Sequence record: DRR378314_880
Length of the DNA: 25,581 bases
Direction: 5' to 3' (one strand)
The notes below the pieces were generated by a model. That model did not search any database, was not told the DNA's origin, and saw only the letters and a program-made list of their open reading frames with translations. Below are positions 1 through 7,611 of this stretch, in pieces. Within the stretch, counting starts at the first letter, position 1. Every line of letters starts with the position of its first letter. The position numbers were made by a program, and so were the translations under genes.

Positions 1-1367
1 TGGCGATGGAAAATGGCCTACACAGCAGCCCCTGGGTCAACCCCGGCGCAGGCGCCCACGCCACCAGGGCCGCACGGTACTATATGCACTCCCAAGTGGA
101 AGCGGCCCATTGCTGCCCCATCACCATGACCTTCGCTGCGGTTCCATCAATTCGCAAGCAACCGGAACTGGCCGCGGTCTGGGAAAACAAAATCCTCGCC
201 AACCACTACGACCCCCGCAACGTGCCCGACAGCTACAAACAATCCGTCACCATCGGCATGGCCATGACGGAAAAGCAGGGCGGCAGCGACGTCCGGGCCA
301 ACACCACCCGGGCCTACGCCGTCGGTGCCGAAGGCTCCGGACAAGCCTATGAACTGGTCGGCCACAAATGGTTTGTCTCCGCCCCCATGTGCGATGCGTT
401 CCTGGTCCTGGCCCAGACTCGAAGCGGCCTGTCCTGCTTCCTGATGCCCCGCTGGCGCCCGGACGGCAGCAAAAACCCCTGGCAGATCCAGCGCCTGAAA
501 AACAAGATGGGCAACGTCGCCAACGCCTCCAGCGAAGTGGAACTGCGTGGTGCACTGGCCTGGATGGTTGGCGAGGAAGGCCGCGGAGTGCCCACCATCA
601 TCGAAATGGTCGCCATGACCCGCTTCGACTGCATGATCGGCAGCTCTGCCGGCATGCGCCAGGCTCTTGCCCAGGCCTCTCACCACTGTCGTCACCGCAG
701 CGCCTTCGGCGGACGGCTCAGCGAACAGCCACTGATGCAGAACGTCCTGGCAGACCTGGCTCTGGAAAGCGAAGCCGCCCTCGCCTACACCATGCGCGTG
801 GCCCGATCGCTGGACAGCCAGCACCTGGAGCACGAACGCCTGCTGGCAAGGCTGGCCACCCCGGTCGGTAAATACTGGATCTGCAAACGCACCCCCAACC
901 ACGCCTACGAAGCCATGGAGTGCATCGGCGGCAGCGGCGTGATGGAAGACTGCATCATGCCCCGCCTCTTGCGGGAATCCCCGGTCAACGCCATCTGGGA
1001 GGGCAGCGGCAACGTCCAGTGCCTGGACACCCTGCGCGCCCTGCAAAAGGAGCCAGACACCCTTGATGCCTTCTTCAACGAAGCCGCCGAAGCCCGCGGC
1101 GCCGACGCCCGCTTCGACCGTTTTCTGGCCCAGTTGCAAAACGACTTCGCCGACATCAGCGACTTCGAATACCGCGCCCGCAACCTGGTGGATCGCCTGG
1201 CCCTCTTGATGCAGTCCTCGCTGCTGCTGAGAAACTCCGACCCTGCCGTCGCCGACGCCTTCTGCGCCTCTCGCCTGGAACACAACGGCGGCCTGAACTA
1301 CGGCAACCTGCCCTCCGGCACCGACCCGGCGGCTATTATCAAACGGGCAACGCCTGTAGTAGGCTAG
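1..1367 (+). CDS. aidB: AidB-like acyl-CoA dehydrogenase (5' partial, starts upstream of window)
   Basis: Frame is open from the window edge. ACAD/AidB motifs HCCPITMT, GMAMTEKQGGSDVRANTT, GHKWFVSAP, RLKNKMGN, KYWICKR and IWEGSGN are present. Confidence 0.85.
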   Translation, partial: AMENGLHSSPWVNPGAGAHATRAARYYMHSQVEAAHCCPITMTFAAVPSIRKQPELAAVWENKILANHYDPRNVPDSYKQSVTIGMAMTEKQGGSDVRANTTRAYAVGAEGSGQAYELVGHKWFVSAPMCDAFLVLAQTRSGLSCFLMPRWRPDGSKNPWQIQRLKNKMGNVANASSEVELRGALAWMVGEEGRGVPTIIEMVAMTRFDCMIGSSAGMRQALAQASHHCRHRSAFGGRLSEQPLMQNVLADLALESEAALAYTMRVARSLDSQHLEHERLLARLATPVGKYWICKRTPNHAYEAMECIGGSGVMEDCIMPRLLRESPVNAIWEGSGNVQCLDTLRALQKEPDTLDAFFNEAAEARGADARFDRFLAQLQNDFADISDFEYRARNLVDRLALLMQSSLLLRNSDPAVADAFCASRLEHNGGLNYGNLPSGTDPAAIIKRATPVVG

Positions 1368-1429
1368 GATATTAGTCTGCTGGAAGATGTCTGGCGTCTG
1401 ATATAGCGGACTCCACCTCAAAGGTTCGC

Positions 1430-1542
1430 GAACCGGTGGGGGAGGCCTTTCCAAAACTGTGCGAAGCCATGGATGGCGGAGCCCAAGCGCCCCAGGGATG
1501 GGCCGCAGGAGCGTGTTTTGGAAAGGCCTCCCCCACCGGTTC
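1430..1542. repeat. Intergenic palindromic element (REP/MITE-like) with perfect 28-bp inverted arms and a 57-nt core of GGA hairpins
   Basis: GAACCGGTGGGGGAGGCCTTTCCAAAAC (1430-1457) is the exact reverse complement of 1515-1542. The core contains GCCA-TGGA-TGGC and CCC-AGGGAT-GGG hairpins. Confidence 0.85.
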
Positions 1543-1567
1543 CAACACCAAAGCCGGAAGCAAAGAA

Positions 1568-1909
1568 ATGTCCGAAGCCCTCAGAAAGCTACTGAACCAA
1601 GGCAACCCCCAACAACCAGTGATCACGCCTCACGTGGGCATTCTGACCCTGCACTTCCAGCTTTACGGCTGCGAAGACCTGAAAGCCAAGCGCAAGGTCT
1701 TCACCGCCCTGAAAGCCGTCTGGGGCAAAGAACCCGATCTGGCGGTCGCCGAAACCGCCGACCAGGACGCCCTCGACTGCGCCACCTGGACCATCGCTGC
1801 CCTGGGCGGCACATCGCAACAGATCTCACAGCGCCTGGACCAGATCGAAAAAGCCATACAGGAGCGCATCGACGCTGCCATACTGGACGTACACCGAGAG
1901 ATACTTTGA
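1568..1909 (+). CDS. DUF503 (YlxP-like) family protein
   Basis: Pattern HVGILTLHFQLYGCEDLKAKRKV...LAVAETADQD resembles DUF503. ATG 1568 is preferred because the track's longer start (1436) translates the palindromic repeat. Confidence 0.7.
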   Translation: MSEALRKLLNQGNPQQPVITPHVGILTLHFQLYGCEDLKAKRKVFTALKAVWGKEPDLAVAETADQDALDCATWTIAALGGTSQQISQRLDQIEKAIQERIDAAILDVHREIL

Positions 1910-2035
1910 CCCTCCCCCCGAGCACAGGCCATGTTGTAGCGTATGGTTTCACGACACCGTATACTACGCCCCCTCAGGGAGAACAGAGCGCCCGGGACAG
2001 GCTTTGCGAATGACCACTGATAGTGTGTGGCACCT

Positions 2036-3712
2036 ATGACCGGAAAGAAAAAATCCGCCCAGGCCTCGATAGAGGCAATGTATCGTGTATTCACTGTGCC
2101 CGAGGCACCGGAATCCACCCTGAGCCGGATTGACCAGAACATATCCCGCAACCTGGCCGGGTTCCTACAGGAACACATTGTTGCGGTGGAACGAGATCTT
2201 TCCGACGTCGAGAAAGACTTCTCGGACTATGCCATTCCCGAAAAGCCCATCTTCGTCTCCGAACAGGCCCAATTCCTGCTCGATAAACTGGTGGCAAACT
2301 CGGTACACACGGCCTCCCCCAGCTTCATCGGCCACATGACCTCGGCACTGCCCTACTTCATGCTGCCGTTGTCCAAGATCATGATTGCCCTCAACCAGAA
2401 CCTGGTCAAAACCGAAACCTCCAAGGCCTTCACGCCCATGGAACGGCAGGTACTGGGCATGATCCACCGACTGGTGTACGAACAGGACGGCGCCTTTTAC
2501 CGCAAATGGATGCACGACCCCCGTTATGCCTTGGGCGCCATGTGCTCCGGCGGCACCGTGGCAAACCTGACGGCACTCTGGGTGGCCCGCAACAACGCCT
2601 TCCCAGCTGAAGGCAGCTTCCGCGGCATCCATCAGGAAGGCCTGTTCCGCGCGCTTCGTTACTACGGCTGTGAAGGTGCCGCCATCCTGGTCTCCCGCCG
2701 AGGTCACTACTCCCTGCGCAAAGCCGCCGATGTATTAGGCCTGGGCCGGGACTTCCTGGTACCCGTCGACACCGACGATGACAACCGCATCAACACCGAC
2801 GCATTGCGGGAAAAATGCCTGGAATTGCACCGCCAGAAAATCCGCGTCATGGCCATTTGTGGCATCGCCGGCACCACCGAAACCGGCAACGTCGACCCTC
2901 TGGACGCCATGGCGGATATCGCTCGTGAATTTAACGCCCATTTCCATGTGGACGCCGCCTGGGGCGGGCCAACCCTGTTCTCCCGCAGCCACCGGCACCT
3001 ACTGAGGGGTATTGAAAAGGCCGACTCGGTAACCTTCGACGCCCACAAACAGCTCTACGTGCCTATGGGTGCCGGCTTGGTGGTCTTCCGTGATCCCGGC
3101 CTGGCCAGCGCGGTTGAACACCACGCCCAATACATTATCCGTAAGGGCTCCCGGGATCTGGGCAGCACCACCCTGGAAGGCTCTCGCCCAGGCATGTCCA
3201 TGTTGATCCAATCGGGGTTGAGAATTCTGGCGAGGGAAGGCTACGAAATCCTTATCGATCAGGGCATCGACAAAGCCAGAACCTTTGCGGAAATGATCAA
3301 TGCACAGACGGACTTCGAACTGATCACCAAGCCTGAGCTCAACATTCTGACCTACCGCTATTGCCCGGAAAAGGTCCAGCAGGCTTTGGCCGTCGCCGAC
3401 TCGCATCAGGCGGAGCGGCTCAACACCTGCCTGAACCGCATCACCAAGTTTATCCAGAAAACCCAGCGTGAACGCGGTAAGGCCTTTGTTTCCCGCACGC
3501 GACTGGAGCCATCGCGTTATTTTCACTTCCCCTGCATCGTGTTCCGGGTGGTGTTAGCCAACCCGTTAACCACAAAGGAAATCCTGGCGGATATTCTCAA
3601 GGAACAACGGGAACTGTCGTCGGATGAAGGCATCCAGGACGAAATCGCGATCCTGGACCAGATGGCTGACGCCGTGCTGAAACAGCGCCAGGCTGGGGTA
3701 CGTCAGGCCTGA
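2036..3712 (+). CDS. panP: Pyridoxal-dependent aspartate 1-decarboxylase PanP (group II PLP decarboxylase)
   Basis: Motifs FTVPEAPESTLSRI, FIGHMTSALP, ALNQNLVKTETSKAFT, SGGTVANLTALW, HVDAAWGG, DAHKQLYVP (PLP lysine) and LEGSR. Start is ATG 2036, or GTG 2027. Confidence 0.85.
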   Translation: MTGKKKSAQASIEAMYRVFTVPEAPESTLSRIDQNISRNLAGFLQEHIVAVERDLSDVEKDFSDYAIPEKPIFVSEQAQFLLDKLVANSVHTASPSFIGHMTSALPYFMLPLSKIMIALNQNLVKTETSKAFTPMERQVLGMIHRLVYEQDGAFYRKWMHDPRYALGAMCSGGTVANLTALWVARNNAFPAEGSFRGIHQEGLFRALRYYGCEGAAILVSRRGHYSLRKAADVLGLGRDFLVPVDTDDDNRINTDALREKCLELHRQKIRVMAICGIAGTTETGNVDPLDAMADIAREFNAHFHVDAAWGGPTLFSRSHRHLLRGIEKADSVTFDAHKQLYVPMGAGLVVFRDPGLASAVEHHAQYIIRKGSRDLGSTTLEGSRPGMSMLIQSGLRILAREGYEILIDQGIDKARTFAEMINAQTDFELITKPELNILTYRYCPEKVQQALAVADSHQAERLNTCLNRITKFIQKTQRERGKAFVSRTRLEPSRYFHFPCIVFRVVLANPLTTKEILADILKEQRELSSDEGIQDEIAILDQMADAVLKQRQAGVRQA

Positions 3713-3718
3713 GGGAAA

Positions 3719-3985
3719 TCAGTAAAGCGCCTCTTCGTCGTCCAGCACTTCATCCAGGATATCGAGGAACATGTGATCCGCCCGACTCCAGGTTTCCGGA
3801 ATACGGATGGTGGTGTTAGCACTGATTTCGCGAGCAATCAGCTCGTTGGCATCGGGCTGATTGCGGTATTTACGCGCAATTTCCACCGATTTCACGGCAA
3901 TGGTCGGGTCGCTGAGGACCTTCTTGATAAACACTCTGAGCTCGTCAATAACCTTCGCCTGACGGCTTTCTTCTGCTGAACTCAT
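3719..3985 (-). CDS. Small hypothetical protein (88 aa, predicted helical, acidic C-terminus)
   Basis: ATG-initiated ORF with GGGGA about 6-10 nt upstream. It fills the gap between panP and the PiT gene and has protein-like composition. No family recognised. Confidence 0.65.
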   Translation of the reverse strand: MSSAEESRQAKVIDELRVFIKKVLSDPTIAVKSVEIARKYRNQPDANELIAREISANTTIRIPETWSRADHMFLDILDEVLDDEEALY

Positions 3986-4093
3986 GAATCAATCCCCGGA
4001 CAGGTTGGCAATGGGCAGGGAAGCAAGCGCCTCCCGTGTATAAAGGAATAGTATGGGCCAAACAGGCACCTGACAACCAGCGCGAATAATTCC

Positions 4094-5653
4094 TTACAGC
4101 AACAGCCCTCGCAGCGTAAAGAACAGGACCGCCGCCATACAGGCCGAGGCCGGCACGGTGATAATCCACGCCGCCACGATGCGGGTCAGGTGGGAACGCT
4201 TGACCATCTCTTCGCGATAAATCTTCTTCAGGCGCTTGCGCTCCTTCTTGGACAGCGGCACCTGTTTCTTTTTCTTGGCCTGCTGGAGCAGGCTTTCCAT
4301 TTGTTCAACCGACGCGTTGCGGAAATCTTCCAGGAACGGCCGCAGTCGCTCCCGCTCATCCTCTTCGTGGCTGTCCATGATGTTGTGGAGCTGAGTGGCG
4401 TAGTTGGATTTCAGGTATTCCCTCAGGAAGCCAACACCGAATACGCCGCCGATCGCGATGTGGGTCGAACTGACCGGCAGCCCCAGCTGCGAGGCGATGA
4501 TCACTGTCAACGCGGCTGACAGGGCAATACAGAAGGCGCGGGTCTTATCCAGCTCCGTGATCTCAGTTCCAACGGTCTTGATCAGCCTCGGGCCAAACAG
4601 CATGAGGCCAACAGCGAGACCAAGGGCACCTACCAGCATAACCCACAGCGGAATCGCCGCAGCCGTGACGACCGCACCCGCCGAAAGCGCGTCATTGATG
4701 GCCGCCAGAGGACCAATGGCGTTGGCGACGTCGTTGGCGCCGTGGGCAAAACTGAGCAGGGCAGCGGCGAATATCAACGGCCAGGTGAACAGGGTGTTCA
4801 CCCCTGCAGAACTGTTCTCCATGGTGGCGGCCCGACGGCCGACCAGAATTCTCATTGCAAAGAAGATCACCGCGGCAACGCCCAGACCAACCAGCGCAGC
4901 CCCCATGAAATCCACCGCAATGACCTTCTTTACCCCCTTGACCATCAGATAGGTTCCGAAGGCCCAGGCCATAATCGCCACCAACCAGGGCACGAAGACC
5001 CTGGCTGCCGACACCACGTTCTTCTGGTACAGCACCGTCTTTTTGATGGCAAACAGGAACAGGGCCGCCAACACGCCCCCCAAGACCGGGGAGATGACCC
5101 AACTGGCAACGATTTTGCCCATCACCGCCCAGTCCGCAATGCCCCATCCGCCAGCGGCGATGCCAGCCCCCAACACGCCCCCCACAATGGAGTGCGTGGT
5201 AGATACCGGCGCGCCCATCCAGGTCGCAAGGTTCAGCCACAGAGCACCGGCCAGAAGTGCGGCGGTCATCAGCCACACGAACGCGCTGACGTCGTCGAGC
5301 CTGTCTGCGGCAATAATGCCTCCTTTAATCGTAGACACCACGTCGCCACCGGCGATGATTGCCCCTCCAGCCTCGAACACAGCAGCAATCAGAACCGCAC
5401 CACCGAGCGACAGTGCTCCGGACCCCACCGCTGGGCCAACGTTATTGGCGACGTCATTGGCACCGATATTGATGGCCATGTAGCCGCCGATGACCGCTGC
5501 GGCCATCAGCAACATGCTGTTGGGCATGCCGCTGCTGATCTGCCCGACGGCCAGAAAAATACAGAGCAGGAACAGGAAGCTGAAGCCAACACGGTAACGT
5601 TCGGTCGATGGGCTGGTCAGAAGGGTGTCAAGAAATCCGTTTTTGCCGGCCAT
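4094..5653 (-). CDS. Inorganic phosphate transporter, PiT family
   Basis: Duplicated PiT signatures GANDVANNVG and HGANDVANAIG, PVSTTH / PVSSTH, and multiple hydrophobic helices. Confidence 0.92.
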   Translation of the reverse strand: MAGKNGFLDTLLTSPSTERYRVGFSFLFLLCIFLAVGQISSGMPNSMLLMAAAVIGGYMAINIGANDVANNVGPAVGSGALSLGGAVLIAAVFEAGGAIIAGGDVVSTIKGGIIAADRLDDVSAFVWLMTAALLAGALWLNLATWMGAPVSTTHSIVGGVLGAGIAAGGWGIADWAVMGKIVASWVISPVLGGVLAALFLFAIKKTVLYQKNVVSAARVFVPWLVAIMAWAFGTYLMVKGVKKVIAVDFMGAALVGLGVAAVIFFAMRILVGRRAATMENSSAGVNTLFTWPLIFAAALLSFAHGANDVANAIGPLAAINDALSAGAVVTAAAIPLWVMLVGALGLAVGLMLFGPRLIKTVGTEITELDKTRAFCIALSAALTVIIASQLGLPVSSTHIAIGGVFGVGFLREYLKSNYATQLHNIMDSHEEDERERLRPFLEDFRNASVEQMESLLQQAKKKKQVPLSKKERKRLKKIYREEMVKRSHLTRIVAAWIITVPASACMAAVLFFTLRGLLL

Positions 5654-5719
5654 AGTACGTCAGGTCTCGCAACAGGGGAGGATACGGGGAGCCGCAGTTT
5701 CGCGTTACTTACGGCGGCA

Positions 5720-5749
5720 ACTATAAAATTTTTGACATGAAAATGAAAC
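5720..5749 (-). promoter_or_regulatory. Putative sigma70 promoter of the PiT gene, overlapped by a degenerate Pho-box-like repeat
   Basis: Minus strand TTTCAT (5748-5743), 17 nt, TATAGT (5725-5720). GTTTCAT-TTTC-ATGTCAA spans 5749-5732. Confidence 0.35.
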
Positions 5750-5871
5750 AAAACAGCCATAATGGTAATTGCTTGACCAAAGTCGCTGTAAAGAGGTCCG
5801 GCTTCGACTAACCTGAGCCATAATCCCGGCTCATGCCGCCTGCATGATGCGCTCACAAGAACAAGGGTTTC

Positions 5872-6978
5872 ATGGCCAGACTCCCCGATCCCAGTCAACA
5901 AATAGCCGACCTAGGCGAGGAAGAACGCGTATCACGCCTGCTGACCGGCCTGTCTGCCATGGCCATCCTCTTCCTGGTGGGCATCGGCGCCAAGGCCTGG
6001 TTCGCAACCCACACCCATCACGCCTGGTCGCTCTGGTTCTTTGCAGGCCTGGTAGCGATGAACATGCTGGTGTTTGCCCGCTCCGGAAACCGCCGCCATC
6101 AGAAAGTCGGCATGATTTCCACCGTTGGCCTGCTGTTCGGATACCTGATCATAACGGGTGGCGAGAGCAACACAGGCCCGCTCTGGTTTTACGTCTTTCC
6201 GCCCCTGCTGTTTTACCTGACGGACCTGAAAACGGGCACGGCGGTGTTGTTGTTCTGCTGCCTGTTGACGGTTGTGGTGTTCCAGTTCCCTGAACTGCCG
6301 CTGGTAACCGCTGAATACAGCATGGACTTCAAGATCCGTTTCTTCGCCACGCTGACGTTCGAATCCATCTTCTGTTTCGTGCTGGAAGCCAGCCGCCTGA
6401 AGGCCCGCAATGAGCTGATGGGCCTGGCTCGCACCCACCAACAGGCGGCCCGCACCGACGAATTGACGGGGCTGTCCAATCGCAGGGACATGCAGCACCG
6501 GCTGAGCGAGGAGTATTCGAGATACCAGCGTTCCGGCCATCATTTCTCCATCGTTCTGATCGATCTGGACCTGTTCAAACACATCAACGACGACTACGGG
6601 CACGATGCTGGTGATGAAGTACTGCGGGCTTTCTCGGAATTGATGCAGACAGTGATCCGCCAGACGGATGTGGCGGCACGCTGGGGCGGTGAGGAGTTTC
6701 TGATCCTGTTACCAGACACCTCTCTGCTCCAGGCCCTGACGCTGGCAGAAAGACTGCGCTCCGAGGTCGCCAACGCCGAGTTTTCCTTTGCCGGCCAACG
6801 CATGCCCGTCACCATCAGTGCCGGCATCTGCTCCATCGCCAAGACGGGCACGGTGGACGAATTGCTGAAACAGGCCGACGTGCACCTCTACAGCGCCAAG
6901 GAAGACGGGCGTAACCGCGTTGCTCCCAGGGTGCGAACATCCCCGAGGGAAACCAGCTCCCCCAGTGTCGGATCTTGA
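5872..6978 (+). CDS. Membrane-anchored diguanylate cyclase (GGDEF)
   Basis: N-terminal multi-TM region, then TDELTGLSNRR, DLDLFKHINDDYGHDAGD and RQTD-VAARW-GGEEF (intact active site and RxxD I-site). Confidence 0.92.
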   Translation: MARLPDPSQQIADLGEEERVSRLLTGLSAMAILFLVGIGAKAWFATHTHHAWSLWFFAGLVAMNMLVFARSGNRRHQKVGMISTVGLLFGYLIITGGESNTGPLWFYVFPPLLFYLTDLKTGTAVLLFCCLLTVVVFQFPELPLVTAEYSMDFKIRFFATLTFESIFCFVLEASRLKARNELMGLARTHQQAARTDELTGLSNRRDMQHRLSEEYSRYQRSGHHFSIVLIDLDLFKHINDDYGHDAGDEVLRAFSELMQTVIRQTDVAARWGGEEFLILLPDTSLLQALTLAERLRSEVANAEFSFAGQRMPVTISAGICSIAKTGTVDELLKQADVHLYSAKEDGRNRVAPRVRTSPRETSSPSVGS

Positions 6979-7063
6979 GCCTCACCACGTCACCGGCTAT
7001 GATCAGACCGCAACGCAGACAGCCGCACGGGATGGCTGTCATTCTGAACCAACAGGACCATTC

Positions 7064-7510
7064 ATGGCTTCAATCCGGATTTTGGTAGGCAGCGTCTATG
7101 GCGGCGCCCTGCTGACGGCACGTACCCTGAAGAACACCCTGGAACCGGAGGGACATCGGATCACGATCCTTGAGGAACCGGATCTGGAAGACATCACCGG
7201 GAACGACGAACCGCTGCTGGTCTGCACGTCAACGACGGGCCAGGGCGAGCTTCCGCCCAACCTTCTGCCGTTCTACCTGCGACTCCGCGAGCAACTGCCT
7301 CAGCAACCTGCACGCCCGTTTGGGGTCATCGTGCTGGGCGACAGCTCTTACGGCGACACCTTCTGCGGCGCTGGTGAACTCATGGAAGAGGCCTTTTACG
7401 AAACCTCAGCCCGGAAAGTCGGGGATACGTTGCGGATTGACGCCCTGGAAACCACAGAGCCGGAACTGGAAGCGGTTCCCTGGGTAAGGGAGTGGCTGGA
7501 ACAACTGTAA
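7064..7510 (+). CDS. Short-chain flavodoxin (MioC/YqcA-like)
   Basis: Motifs ILVGSVYGGA, CTSTTGQGELP and LGDSSYGDTFCGAG. ATG 7064 is preceded by AGGA. Confidence 0.88.
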   Translation: MASIRILVGSVYGGALLTARTLKNTLEPEGHRITILEEPDLEDITGNDEPLLVCTSTTGQGELPPNLLPFYLRLREQLPQQPARPFGVIVLGDSSYGDTFCGAGELMEEAFYETSARKVGDTLRIDALETTEPELEAVPWVREWLEQL

Positions 7511-7611
7511 CAGCTGCGCGAGTGACGTTCTCAAACAGGCGATATCGCCCTTGAGCGCCCCGGCAGATACGGCCATACTGAACCAGACAACCACAACAAG
7601 ATCGGTACTAC

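Noticed and set aside
147-1454. 435-aa minus-strand ORF and other long antisense or alternate-frame ORFs (e.g. 4742-5740, 13797-14834, 12918-13658, 10186-10863)
   Set aside because: They shadow well-supported genes and have no recognisable motifs. Such ORFs are expected from high-GC codon bias.
1430-1542. Element as an intrinsic terminator, CRISPR repeat or tRNA
   Set aside because: The loop is too large and there is no U-tract. The arms are inverted rather than direct repeats with spacers, no cas genes are present, and there are no tRNA T-loop or cloverleaf signatures.
1436-1567. 44-aa N-terminal extension of the DUF503 ORF, and the mirror ORF 1372-1626
   Set aside because: These are translations of the palindromic element, and both strands give the same peptides (GEAFPK, FGKASPTGS).
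6920-7063. N-terminal extension of the flavodoxin ORF
   Set aside because: It overlaps the DGC gene. The flavodoxin fold and an RBS begin at 7064.
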